Source: Enoplolaimus lenunculus
Lineage: Eukaryota
Length of the DNA stretch: 64,000 bases
Assembly (NCBI GenBank): GCA_030248215.1
Contig: JASANG010000295.1
Coordinates: forward strand, 558,001-622,000
Reading direction: 5' to 3'
The translations under genes were made by a program, and so were the position numbers. Below the pieces are notes generated by a model that saw nothing but the letters and a program-made list of their open reading frames with translations, made no database searches and was not told where the DNA came from. How positions within the stretch are numbered: the first letter of the stretch is position 1; each line of letters starts with the position of its first letter. This document shows, in pieces, positions 1 to 13,091 of this stretch.

Positions 1-613
1 GTCGCCAGTTAGTAGTATACTAGAAAAAAATTGCTCAGCACTTGAGCAACATGGGATATGCTTCATATTCCCATTAAAAAGATAGTAACTAGACCAGCAC
101 ATTCGGTTTATGGAACCTGGGAAAATATTAACGAACAATGGCGTCCAAAATCTTATTAGCTATTAATTCTTGTGAAACATATTGCTGACAGGAAACTTAT
201 TTTTACGTTGAAAGTTTTGGCAGGTTTGATTCGAAATTTTCAGAAGTTTTTTAGATACTAGCAGGTTGAAAAGACATGATTGAAGTATAGCGATCTTCGC
301 TGCGGCCAGATATAATCGATGCTGCCAAAATGCGTTGTGATTTTTGAGCTTCTAGTCATGACTGTGCACTGAAACAAATATCTCGGCGCGGAAATATGCA
401 GTTATAGAATTTTTCTACCTGTAAACTTGTGTGTTTTGTCACTAAGATTAAAAATCGAGTAAAGACAAAGTTCACATCAGTTGCACCGTTTTAAAGCATC
501 AATTGCGTTTCGTTTTGTGACAACGCCTTGTTCAAGACAGTACCTTACAAAATTGATCATCAGAACTCAAACTCAACAATTACGTTTCCATACAATGCTC
601 TCATAAAATTCAG

Positions 614-950
614 TATTGTAGTAACCCGAATAATAGGGAGTAGTAAGAGGGGTCCTTATTTTGAGCCCTAATCAATCGGAGTCCGTATTTCAAATAAATG
701 TCCGTAAGCGAATATGGTCCCTGAACCCTAATTAGATCCCATAAAAGTCAATTATTCTTAATTAGTGCATACATTGACTCCAGGACCAAATAAAAATGAG
801 TGACAAACTTTAAAGCATATTTAAGTTTGTAAGGATCGCTCACGGTTTTGATACAAAACAAATAAACGCTTAATTCAACGGATAGTTGCAATACCGAATA
901 TATATCAATAACGAAGAGGGACGGAGGGCGGGCTAAAAAATAACAGTACA
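614..950 (+). mobile_element. Tc1/mariner-like non-autonomous element, left part
   Basis: Starts TA|TTGTAGTAACCCGAATAATAGGG. A diverged reverse copy lies at 6988-7360, and further ends are at 5088, 10246 and 50394. Confidence 0.6.
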
Positions 951-954
951 GTTG

Positions 955-1104
955 GAGTGAAACCAACCGCTGGGATGAAAACAAGCGTTGGGGTGAAACC
1001 AACCGTTGGGGTGAAATCAACCGTTCGGGTGAAACCAACCGTTGGAATGAAACCAACCGTTGGTGCGAATCCATCTGTTGAGGTGACACCAACCGTTGGG
1101 GTGA
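955..1104. repeat. 18-bp minisatellite (GGGTGAAACCAACCGTTG), ~8 diverged copies
   Basis: Directly visible. It accounts for the repetitive SPQRLV text in ORF 748..1224. Confidence 0.9.
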
Positions 1105-1339
1105 AGAAAAATTTCGTGCTGTTTCTGTAAAGAGTTTTTGACTGTAACTACTGAAGGCCACAATCGTTTGGCAAATCCTTTGGCACAGATACTTCTTCAT
1201 GCAGATTTTATTTTCATTGAGCAATCACGTTTTGTGTTACGAATTGATTGTAAGCAAAGTAACGCTGGACCGTTGCCCAAAATACGTACGTGAGGCGTTC
1301 CAGCTTTAATATATAGATAATAGTAATTATGATGATAAA

Positions 1340-1750
1340 CAGAGTCTTTTCCGTTATCCCCAGCCCGCGTTTGCGCAAAAATGGATCGATTTTAAAATTT
1401 TTTGTATGTTTGAGCTTTTCACGACCTCTTCTGAACATTCCACGCCTAAATCTAAATTTTTAAAAAAGTATTTTTAAGGTTCCAACATCCCCCAATTGGG
1501 ACCCAAAATTTCTTTGTCAGAAGTTTGACAAATTATATATCATTCGATGTAGCTTGCAATACGCGCTGAGTTGAATGGTGTTAAATTTTCCGTTTATTAT
1601 TGGTTATCGAATTATGGCCAAATAACAGATTTGACGCCGTTCCAAATTGTTGGCAGCGCGCCAAATCAGTTATTTGACAATAACTCGTTAACCAATCGTC
1701 CGATTGCGAAAAATTTAACACCAAAACTCAGCTCCACAAGCTGCACGACC
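1340..1750 (+). repeat. Dispersed repeat family copy (second copy ~46985-47375)
   Basis: Shared blocks GTCTTTTTCCGTTATCCCC..CCGCGTTT and TTGTCA..AAGTTTGACAAATTA..CATTCGATG..AGCTTGC. Confidence 0.7.
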
Positions 1751-3265
1751 CTGCAAATATGCGATGATGATGCCGATGATGATGATGATAACAGTATTAA
1801 CAATAATAATGCACATTAATAACAGTTACAATAACAAAACAATTATATTAGTAGTAAAACAAAACACTGTCTCTAACAAAAGAATAAACGCAAAAATTAA
1901 ACTTGGGCTTAAGGTGGATTTCGGTTGTGGCGAAACTTTAACAACCTCGCTGAACAATCAATGCCGCACACGCTTACAGGCTTATCGTGGGCTAAAAACG
2001 ACCATTTATTTGTAAATTAATGATCCGTATATCCAAACATGACACAGTTACTGGCTCAGATAAGTTGTTTTCGTGTCACAAAACTGATCAAAATGCATTT
2101 TGCCAAACGCGTTAAATACTAAACCACAGTTTATCTGAATGTACTTAATACTAAATTAGTGATCATTTGCTTGTTATAGCTCGGTCTACTTTTTAAGTTT
2201 GCACGTTCATCCATCGCTGCAATCCTATTGAAATTGTCGTTTTTGAGAGACGGTTTTTCGCCGCAAAATTCGCCGGGGACGGAGCCTCTGCCAACCTAAG
2301 CGGACCCCTACAGAGAAATTCAACGTCCGCATCGTGTCAGTAATGTTGTTCATAATCATTCATTTACACCAGGAACATATTTTATCAAAAAACGTCATCA
2401 GGGCGACTACTACGGTTTTCGACACACACGAATTGATTCTGAGCTTTGGCTTGTAAGTTATAGAGTGGATCAAAAAAGTTCACAAGAAATGTGAAAACAA
2501 CAGGCTTTTACAAGCGGAAATAACAGTTTTTTGAAGGGAAGGCAAAATTTTTAGGTCTTTTCCGTTAAGTGGCCACCAAACGCCTCCGTAAAAGGCGTAA
2601 TTTGTGTTTAATTTTTGTTGTAGTCGCTAAAATTTTCATCTTGTTGACTGGAAAACACAATGTACACTTCAGATGAACCAATTGCAACAAAATTCAACAC
2701 AGCAAGGACACTGCAGACAGATGCAACCCTTCATTCATCCTGGATTTGTCATTGAACATGCCGGATTTGCCTGAGAAATAACTTTAACAAGTGTATCAAC
2801 CAAATCGCCCAGCTGTATGCTTAAACACTGGCAGCGTTTGAAAAAGTAAATAAAACGCATGGGGCAAACCCACGAAAGGCATCACTTGACTCTATAAAAT
2901 AAACTTTCGGCGGACCATAAAGCCAATCTAGAATTCAAGTATTTTAATGGCAAAAAAACCGGCCGAGTTTAATTTATCGTACGATTTTTATTTAGAGTCT
3001 GGAATGAGTTTTAAGGCGCACTTTTTGTCAATCTTGATGATCACTGTTTATTCAGGAAAAATCGCTCGATATGCGCACCAGCTCTCAGTATTGTGAATAA
3101 ATCCTCGTTTTGTTTGCATAAAGCCGCCTTTTGAAGGTGGGGCCGCGTGGTTACTGACAGATCCGCGCGAACTATTAGTTTATCCTGGCAAGCGGAACTT
3201 TAGAAGCAATGTTGAAATTAATTTTTTTTCAAAACTTGTAATGCAACTGTATATATCTCCAGAGC

Positions 3266-3433
3266 CAGGCCCGTAGCCCGCTCACCTTACTGAAGGGGGG
3301 GCTAAAAACTTTTCAAGCGAGGTATTCTAGGGGTTTTAATGACTTGCAAACAAGGTTGAAAATTTTCTAGGGGAGGGGGGCAAATTTTTCCAGGAGGGGA
3401 TAAGCCCCCACTGCCCCCCTTAGCTAGGGTCCG
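3266..3433 (+). mobile_element. hAT-type MITE with 8-bp TSD
   Basis: Termini CAGGCCCGTAGC / GCTAGGGTCCG, with exact TCCAGAGC duplication at 3258-3265 and 3434-3441. Related copies at ~3654-3761 and ~57288-57453. Confidence 0.85.
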
Positions 3434-4934
3434 TCCAGAGCTCTGGATGAAATTTTAATATCAATCTAGACATTATGTTATTGCTAGTGTTATCAGCTAA
3501 ACCAGAATCTAGTTGATCGTAAAAGCATGAGGTATAGGTAATAGTTAACACATAGTTTTGAACTCATTTTGGTCAAGATATTTTTAACTACTAAAAATAC
3601 TGAAATGGCATTCACTGACTGTACAGTATCAGCAGTATCAGCTACGTTAACATCAGGCCCGCAGCCAGTTTTCATTTCTAGGCGGGGCTAAAAATTTTCA
3701 GGAAGAGCATGCAGGGTTTACAAGCTAGGTCTCACATTGTCTACGTTTGGCTACATGCCCGGTTATAGCATTATCGCAATAGCCGTTGAAAAAATACAGC
3801 TATAATACTGATATACGTAAAATAAAATTTACCTTCAGACAATGTCAAATCTTCAAAAAGACAAACGGTAATTAGCTCAATGAAAACACAGGTTTTTACT
3901 GGATCACTATCAAGATATTGAAGTCGGGGCGACAATGTGTTTACCAACAATGACATAGACAGCAGGAATTGTTAATAGAGAGCGAGCAAGAAGATCTATA
4001 ACCGGGGGGTGAGAAAATTTCCATACTACAGCATTCTTTGGGTGTAGTCGCAAAATTTTCGGGTCAGAAAGAGTGGCAAAAATGTGTACAGGGAGGAGTA
4101 GGGTGGTGTCCCCCGTCGCCACCCCAGTATTTAAACCGTTGTCAAACAACCTTTTACCGAACTTTTCTGGTCAAATTAAAATACTGGAATATTTATTCCA
4201 AACACTGAGGTTCGAAAGGCAGCACCCATGGAAAATTCCGGCCCAAAAGGTAAGGCAGAATATTTTTGCATGAAAACAAAGATGGAAACGCCTGCCAAGG
4301 AAGCTGGTCCAATGTTTGATTTCTTAATCATGCACACTGTACTTTGAAGATAATGTTTGCGATATATAAGTTTCGATCTGCTTGTATGCAGTCATGGGAA
4401 CAAAACAAATCAAAGAAAGACAATTGTGAAAGTGTTTGCAGCCTGTTGCCTGTAAATATTCATTTTTATCTTATGCTTATGCGCGATTAAAACGGAAGAA
4501 TTGTAGTCTTTTAGGTTACCTCCAGTCCGAATTTATCCAAAAATGGATCATTTTGTTTGTTATGATTCAACCATACTGATTATTGAGCAAGTATTCAAAC
4601 AACATCTTTTCAAGAGCACATACGGCCAGGAGGTTTAAGAGTCAAACCGTTCGTGGTTGAGATTTGGGTCTGCGAGTTTCTAGCAAATTTATAGTTTTTC
4701 AACCAAAATGGGCTACGATATATTTTATGGCACCGGCCGAACTTTATATTGTGAACGGCGCATTAAACATCCTAAGTTTTAAAACATTTTACCAAAATTT
4801 GAATCCAAAAACTACAAAAACGCGCTAAGCGGCACAAAAATAATTTTTTCCAGTTGAAAACAGAAACAGAAATTTGAACCGCAAATATTAAATACAAACT
4901 TTTACCATAAAACTCGTTTGCATCTGATGCATAG

Positions 4935-5082
4935 CGGTGTCACGATATTTCGTCGAACAGACAACTCGTCGATTGAGCTTTCGCAACCTAACATCTCATA
5001 GACCCGACAATTTGTCGCCCACCATTTTAGACGTAAGCTTAGACTTAGGTTTGGTAGCTATCGGGCGACAAATTGTCGGATA
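4935..5082. mobile_element. Palindromic MITE-like repeat (CGACAA(T/C)TYGTCG modules) with TTAGGC/TTAGAC-like core; relatives at ~6050-6140 and ~37208-37410
   Basis: CCGACAATTTGTCGCCC ... GGGCGACAAATTGTCGG inverted pair encloses TTAGACGTAAGCTTAGACTTAGGTTTGG. The same layout occurs at 37.2-37.4 kb (TTAGGCTTAGATTTATGCTTAAG). Confidence 0.6.
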
Positions 5083-5087
5083 ATATC

Positions 5088-5230
5088 TACTGTAGCGACC
5101 CGAATAACAGGGGCAGCAATAAGAGTCGGTGGATTCCTATTCTGGATTTTAATCACTATGAGATTATATCCCTAATCAGAGTCCGCATACACAATAAGTC
5201 CAAAATTTTTAATTAGAGTCCATAAATATA
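5088..5230 (+). mobile_element. Tc1/mariner-like element end (same family as 614-950)
   Basis: TA|CTGTAGCGACCCGAATAACAGGGG...CCCTAATCAGAGTCCG. Confidence 0.55.
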
Positions 5231-6987
5231 AAAAAGTTTAGTGCGGAATTTGATTTCGGGTGTATGCCTATATTCATAGCAGTTATACACAAGTTACAAA
5301 AGTATACTCCTAGCTATCTAATACTTAAGACATAGGAATGGCAACAGAAAAAATGTGGAGTGCAAATAAATAGCTGATGGGTTGAACAATAAATAACGTT
5401 CGTCACCAAATTGCTAGGGATTACCCTCTGGTGAGGCAGAAAAATATTAGTCACCCACTTCGTAGGTCACTACAGGTGACCACACTTATTAATTGTGTGA
5501 AGTAGTTGAATTTTAGGCTACAGCATACTGTCTTTCTCACTGTTGGAATGAATGAATGAACTAAAATTTTGGTGGTTAATCATGTTTTGCTACATAAAAT
5601 ATACGTAAAATTACCATCATCTGATTTTTGATGCAACCGTAAAACTTGTCATTCGGCTCAGGTTATGCGTTTGTGAAAGGACAAAAGCCCTCATAAACGT
5701 ACAAGGTGCCACTTTACATGGGTCATTATTATGATTTGTTTGCAATAAAATCATAAAAATAGTGTCAGCTATAAAACCGACCTATAGCGTACCTGAATTG
5801 TCAAAATACACACATATTCAAGGAGTATTATGAATCAATTTACAGTAATATTGTGACCGGGAACGAAATCTTTACCACGAAACGTGGTTTGAATTTTTCG
5901 GTTCGAACATTCAGGAAATCTAAAACAGATTAACTTACAGTGGCAGAGACAAGGATCAAACGATGATGCCATGATTGTCAATGACTTTATCTAATTTAGT
6001 TCTGTTATAATAACTAAACGCCAGCTGAGAGACAGATGCAGACTCTAAAACGGTATCGCGACCATTTATCGTCCGGCAACTCGTCGAACAACAACTTGTA
6101 AACTGACATCTCGTCAAACAGGACGACTCGTCGCATCCCTTATCCTTGTATACGCCTCTATAGGGGAAATTATAAATACATAAATTCACTTCGATTCGGA
6201 TAATGGTCGTCATGGTATTTGTACGGTTTTCATAAGGCGAATATATTTAAAAATATAAGCTTACCTAAGCACCTGAGTGAAATCCATCTGGATCGAAGGA
6301 ACAGTCATCGTGGATCCCCTTATTCCACCAGCAGAATGAGGCGAATTTTGCAGGCTGTTGTCAGTCATATTTTACAGTATACAAGTATAAATTGCAAGTC
6401 ATCTGTTAAATTAGGAACGCGTGCCTTATAAACGCTGTTTAGCAAAACTGTATGCATGTCGCATGCCACAGCCCCAGCATCAATTTAGCCAGATCGCAAT
6501 ATGGCTAGCCACCGCACCACTTGTCACAGTGACTTGTCACCGCAGCAACGGCGACTGATTGGTTTATCTCTTGGCAAATCAAAACGTTTCATATAGCAGC
6601 ACCTAATAAATCGCGCCCTTCACAAAAAACACTAAAAAATGTTGGTACCAATAAAAATGCGCAACGAAGCTATTGACCAATTAATGACCGATATAGTATT
6701 TTGTAGCTTGCGAAAATGGATAAACCACGTAACATCATAGGGTTAGGAACATAGTTGATTATTTTTAAAACCAATCAGGAGCCGATCCTGCGGTGGCGGA
6801 ACCATATTGGCGATAAGGCTAAAACGATGCGGTGGCTACGACATATATAACCTTTTTTGTTTATAGGTTGTTGGTTGCATTTGTGTCAATACAACTCTAC
6901 TCTATATATCTATTCTCACTTCATGTAATTAATTTTAAGTTCAGTAATCCTACACACTTAGCAATGAAAAATATTGTAATATGGCTT

Positions 6988-7360
6988 TAATTTTTTGCCA
7001 CCCGCCCTCCACTGCCCTGCCCATCGTTACTGATATATATCCGGTATTGCAACTATCCGTTGAATTAAATGTCTATTTGTCTTGTATCGAAAGCTTGAGC
7101 GATAATGCAAGGTTATACTTAGAAATGTACTTTCCAAACTTAAATTTGGTACTGGTGTCAATTAGTATTGTTTAAATGTTCGAAGTCGTCTTTATTTGGT
7201 TCTGGAGGAATTTATGCACTGTAATTAGAGATAATTTACATTTATGAACTCTATTTAGGGTTTACAGACTCTATCCGCTTACGAACTTTTATTAGCGATA
7301 CGGATACCTATTGATTGGAACTCAAAATGGGGACCCCCTGTTATACTGGTTACTACAGTA
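6988..7360 (-). mobile_element. Tc1/mariner-like element, inverted copy of 614-950
   Basis: GATATATATCCGGTATTGCAACTATCCGTTGAATTAA is the reverse complement of 871-906. Ends GGTTACTACAG|TA. Confidence 0.65.
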
Positions 7361-7482
7361 AATACTAAAAAATAAATGCCATTTTAAATGTTTAGTTAGC
7401 TTTAGGACGGGCTTGAGCTATAACCTTAGATGACTACAAGGTATTGTGAAAATCTGATGAGATTAAGTTTGTCAGTTATCAC

Positions 7483-7770
7483 CAGGGTGCAATCGGAGTT
7501 GAAAAATACCGGGGCCGGAGGTCAACAAACTTGCCAGAGCCGCAGCCGCAGGTGAGGCGAAAAAATGATATTAGTTTGTTAATTTTAGCAAATATATGCA
7601 ATGTGTTGTCAAATCGTTCGGTCTTACGCTTATTTTTTACGAAAAAACCTCGGCAACTTTTTCATCAAAATTGCGCCAAACGTTAAAACAAAACGCGCCA
7701 ACAGATAAATTTTGTGAAACTTTGCAAAATTTCACTACCGAAATTGCCCGGAACCTCCGGCAGTTTAGCA
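7483..7770 (+). mobile_element. CAGGGTGCAACCGG-ended hAT-like element fragment (others at 9403-9640, 56225-56305, 62030-62088)
   Basis: Shared terminus CAGGGT(G/A)CAA(T/C)CGG with GAGCCG/GAACCG subterminal motifs. 7600-7760 is a diverged reverse match of 9460-9640. Confidence 0.55.
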
Positions 7771-9859
7771 ACCTTCAATGCATTGAACTAGTGCAAAATT
7801 CTCTTAGATGCTATAATATACTTCAACGCTTACCAGTTACTGCAAACTTCACTGAAAACTGAACTTAACAATTTGTACGCCTCATTCACTATTAAAATAA
7901 TAACTTTAACTCAAATTACGATTAAAACTTTCGTTTCAACGAAAGGTTGTTGCCAGTTTCACGACTATTGTCAGCATTAACGCAAAAGCTAATGACTCTA
8001 ATTTGAAATTTATAATTTAAGTACAAATATGAATTAAGCATAAAGTTATGTATATGCTGAATAGGTCTATAATTAAACATTCATTTGTATAGTTAGTAGT
8101 GTTCAATTACATCCAGGTTGTTTATACCTTAAAAGAAAATCACAAAACAGATGAAAATCACTAAGCAAAGGATGTTTGGAAAAAATTAAGAATAATCCGC
8201 TAAGCTCGAAAGCTTGCAACAGCATAAACGCTGTCGAAGCTTTACATTACTTACGAGTTCAATGCACCACACCGATTCCAATATATATAAATCCAAAATT
8301 TGTCTATAAACGTACAGTTCAGAGTTGAAAGTAGGGCCGCCTGCGTACACCTCACTCGAAAACAGAATTGTTGTAGCCGCTCTGTTGGGCCCACAAAAAT
8401 CCGTACCTATCTGCCTCATGGAAAGAGCCGTTAAGGCATATAACAAAAAGTAAACAGTATATAAGCTATTTTTGTGTTCATTTCTATATATTTAAAAAAA
8501 TGAATCTATTGTCTCGCCACATTTCTTTTCCGTATACGTACAATTTCAAATTGAATTTAGCAAACAGCTGTACTGAAAAATTTGATGAACGAGAAAAACT
8601 TTAAATATTCACTATGCCGAAAATATTTTCAGCTTAATCACGATAAATTTCTATTCGGATGTTTATTCCCCGCCCCCCATTGCGCCCCGCGCCCTACTTC
8701 CATCTCCGGTACATCTCCCCACTGTAACGGATCATTCACTGTCTAGCGGCACGTATCTAAACATATGTATTTACGGGAACGTCAAAGATATTGTGTCAAC
8801 ACTTCTAACCAGACAAATTGTCAGAATGAACCCAACGTTGAAAAATGAAATTGACCAAAAACCGTAATTGATCAATTTATAATATTAAGCACGTATTAGG
8901 CAGCAGTAATACATATATTTGAGTTTTTCAATCATTAACCGCATGAAAACTTACGGCAGCGATAATAATTATGCTATTAAAAATGAAGCCAGCGGTTTAC
9001 CAACAGTTAATTCAGAAATTAACAAGCCTGACTAAATGCTCAGTTTTGATAAAAAATTCGCGAAAAAAAGAAATATATAACGTATATATTTTAAAAGAAG
9101 ACAAAACAAAGTAGTCAGGTTCAGATTTAGACTGTACTGGTTAAGAAAATAAATAAACTTAAACATACCGGCATAGAAAACGTGCTTCAAACAAATTTTT
9201 AAACAAATACTAAAGAAGGATTCAGGGAAAAGGCTTCAAATCGCATGGTTTGTCAAAGACCATGCTGATCATAGGGAGGATATACACTGAAAAACCAAAG
9301 CTACTCACAAAAATCATCACCAATATTACTTTTAAGCGTCCCGGTTTCCCGCGGGACTGCAAGACACAGGACTGTAGTCGGGGCAAATTCATATGCTCCC
9401 GCCAGGGTACAACCGAAGGTCTGGCTCGGGCTCCTGCTCCGGCAGAAAATCGGCTTCCGGCTCCGGTAGAATTTTTGTCAAAGTTTCCGGCAATTTCGGT
9501 AGCAAAATTCTGCATAATTTTGCAAATTTATCTTTTTAGCGGGTTCGTTTTTACTTTTTTCTCAATTTTCAAGAAAGAATTTCCGAAATTTCGCAGAAAA
9601 TTAGCGTGAAACCAAACAGCTTAAGAACATATTGCAGACACTGGAAAGCGGGACAGATGCAAATTTTCGCTGGGAAAACGGGACAATGGGACGGAAATCA
9701 CATTCTTTTCAGACAGTACAAAATATGTTAGATCGAGAGAAGGGAGCGAAATTTTTCGTAGTTGGAGTTGCGCCAACTATCACTCCCCTCTGTACCTAAT
9801 TGCGGCCTTGGTTGCTACAGCTGACTTTCATATCACTGCACTTTAATACCTTTATAAAA

Positions 9860-9957
9860 CTGTAGCCTAAGTCAAGCAAAAACATTAGTCTAAAGTTTAA
9901 GCTTTCTATTTTCTCGTCCCACAGAAAAACGTTCCGCCCCTGATCTTTACATAGGTC
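9860..9957 (+). mobile_element. 3' half of the telomere-like GGCCAATGT MITE
   Basis: GCCTAAG..AAGCAAAAA..TAGTCTAAAG..GTCCCACAGAAAAACGTTCCGCCCCTGATCTTTACATAGGTC is nearly identical to 58196-58237. Confidence 0.7.
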
Positions 9958-10129
9958 ATTGTAGCGAATAGTCTATACTGCTCAAAAATATAACACATGT
10001 ACAAACTACCCGCATAAATTTTATTAAATAATCCAGAAAACAACGGACATGGTAACCAACAAAAATGCTACGGTCAGTCATGCCCAAAACCGAGAATAAC
10101 ATAAGAGATGGGTATTTGGTCCAACTAAA

Positions 10130-10246
10130 AAGGCGGCGGAGGGCGGGTTAAAACTAAATAACAGGCCGTAACCGCATAAACAAGGGGGTACCCTCTGGAC
10201 AGGCCAAATAAATATCAGTCCCCCTCTTATTCGGGTCACTACAGTA
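10130..10246 (+). mobile_element. Tc1/mariner-like element, right end
   Basis: Ends TTATTCGGGTCACTACAG|TA, the inverted match of the 5088 and 614 ends. Starts with the CGGAGGGCGGG motif also seen at 921-931. Confidence 0.6.
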
Positions 10247-12400
10247 CGGAATGGATGGAAAAATTATTTATCACAATGGCTTACAGCAAGCTACCAAACT
10301 ACAAAACACCACCAACAAAATTTAATAATTTTCGCGTATACACAGACGATAGTAGTAAATGCGGCTGTACTGCACTATTGCTGTCACGCGGGAAAACGTG
10401 ACGCCGCCGGCAGAAACATGGACCAAAATGGTCCAAGAACTTGGTTCAATATTCTGACTCACGTTTGAAAACAAAATTTCTATTATAGGTGTAGGTTTGA
10501 AGCAATATCTACTCAAATATAAAACACAGATGTTTTTATTACTCATACAACGACATATCTATAAAACCAGGATGACAACGAGATTATACATGCAGCCAAG
10601 TGATTGCACCTATGATCACACCCTGGCTAAAAGTGACGCTGTACTTTTGATGACGTCCGGCACCGTTCGTCACCGTGTCGTATCATACGTGAATTATCCA
10701 CGTACGATACCGTAGAGTGACGCCCGCGACGGACTGTGCCGTCCGACAAGTATAGCGCCAGCCTACGAGTCACAATTTACCCGAACGTCACCGCATAAAT
10801 AATACACATGAATGACAGGCAAACATACAACAATCTTACAAAATTGTCAAAAACATAACCAATAAACCATTGTCTTAAAAAGAGTAAAAACAAACCAGAA
10901 CGACACATTTTTATTTTAGGTATATCTGCCAATACCCTGCATATAAATCTATATAATTAGAAAACTACCTGAATTCGACTACATTTATAAAACAATATTT
11001 GGTACTTGTTTAGTTTCCCCAAACTAGTGTAAATTTAATGAAACATGATTTCTCCCTCTCATTACTGTTTATTTGTGTAAGCATACGGTCAGGCTCAGAC
11101 TAAAAACATAAGCCTTAGCATGTTTTATTAATTCAGTCACTATCTGTGACGGAATCTTTTTATTGGGATACTAAGCAAGTACCCATTATTGTGTTGAAAC
11201 CACTGCACAGAACCAATAGAAGTGTTCTTAGCGGTATGCAGTTTGCAAAGTAAATCATTTATTTGTATGATGCATGAATGGCATTTAAATTTAATATCCA
11301 AGAAAAATTACATCAATACCACGATGGAATATGCTAAGGGTCCTTCAAAAAGGGTGGGCTAAAATTTCAATCCGAAGATAAAATAACTGAAGACGTTGAT
11401 TGTATAAAACAGGGCACCTCTTTTTATATCTACTAAAACCTGCATATATTCTTTTTCAATATTTCAACTTCAAACACAAAAAAATGCAAAGATATTATTC
11501 TCAACTGTGTGTAGAGCACCCATCACTTGTTAGTACTAAGTTTCAAACCAGCATAGTAGTTGCAGATAGCTCAATCGACACACAACAAGTCAGATTGAAT
11601 GCGAAAAAGCGTACTAATTTATTCCAGTCTCGCCACTCTCTGGTTGGGCAGTTACAAAATGGTGATAGGTGGTACACAAACTATAGAATAAGGTCACTAA
11701 AAATATTAGCGATAAATACTACAAAAACAACATTACATATAATCATAGAGTTCATGCCGTACATATACATATTCACATGCAACTTATATTATGCACGAAT
11801 ACATTGTAGCATAATGCCATACATATCACATTCTACAATAAAAATAAACACAAGTATTACTCGTCTGATCAACAGCTCAATAGACCATCATGAAGTTATT
11901 CAAGTCAAAATTAGCGAACACAACTTACGCCAAAATCAAAACCGGAATCTATTTCCTGCCAGCCAGAGATTATCAGAACTCTGCAATTTTTGTTCCGGAG
12001 AACGTTTTCTCAACAAGTTTTAAATATTTTTGAGAAATTCATAGATATAGTAATAACAAAGTAAACATTCCCATGGCTTGAAAATTAATCAGCCTAAAAC
12101 CGGGACGGCCACTGAACTTAAAGATAATTCTTGAAATTTTCCACATGCAAACAAAAGCGGGACTGTGTTAAATTCTAAAGCCAGTTATGTATCTAGTTCG
12201 GCCTGCAATTATATAATGCTTCAGATACCCACTACACAGATGATAGTTCTGCTGTGTGGAAACTTATTACTAACTGATACTATGTGCTACGCTTATGTCT
12301 TTGAGAGTACGGAGTTCGAAAATAATAATGATCACAATATACAACAGATATGTGCGTGGCAATTTAAAATTGCGATTTTAAATAAATAAATATCTCAAAG

Positions 12401-13091
12401 TCACTTTTTACTTATTTCAGAATTTTCAAATTGGGCAATTGTATTTCGTATTATTTCCAATTCTTTCAGCAAATATTCTTCTTCTGTTTCCTTGCCAACT
12501 CGCTGAAACGGTAAACACTGCTGATTCATAACGCGACAAATTGGCATATTATACAATTTGCTCGCAGGGCCGGACAACAATTTATTTACATACGATGCTG
12601 CAGGACGCCGGAAAGCATTAATAGTGAAAAAGTATAGCGGCACCCTTTAGTGGTGCACTCACTTAATGTCAGCGGTATTTCATAATGAGAACACACGTCC
12701 TAACTAATTTTTACAATCACTAAACAATATTTTTTCAAAACTTATAATAGTTATAGCCTCTGCAAACCGCAGTAAATCACATTCAAACAACGCATTTTAG
12801 CATTATGTAACTTTTCATTTAAATCAAATCTTACCGAAATTTCACAATCAATCGCGTGCAATTCCATGCGAAGTTGTTGTTTTTCGACTGCAGAACAATC
12901 GCTTAAATACGACGAATGCGGATGCAAATCTAACCGGTCTTGAATTCGAATTTTCCGATCCAGTTTAGTTTCAATTTTCTTCTCACGATAGTCAGAGTCA
13001 CATGTGGTCGGCTCGGTGGGCGTTCGAAATACAGCAGGGATATCGTGAACAATGTTCACAGGTTCGACAATGTCTCGACTAACTTCGACTT
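12401..13091 (-). CDS. rle-1 (RC3H1/2): Roquin last two coding exons: C-terminal coiled-coil motifs and stop
   Basis: [43 protein letters not shown] resembles the Roquin C-terminal QLRLEL coiled coil. Splice sites TCG|GTAAGA at 12835 and GTTTCAG| at 12502. Confidence 0.8.

Noticed and set aside
748..1224. 158-aa ORF with SPQRLV repeats
   Set aside because: It is made of the 18-bp minisatellite plus a transposon fragment.
11400..12023. 207-aa plus-strand ORF
   Set aside because: It is antisense to the probable Roquin 3' UTR, starts at TTG, is AT-rich and has no recognisable motif.
12640..12657. CTCF-like motif / small hairpin GCACCCTTTAGTGGTGC in the last Roquin intron
   Set aside because: It is a single imperfect short match, which is expected by chance in 64 kb.
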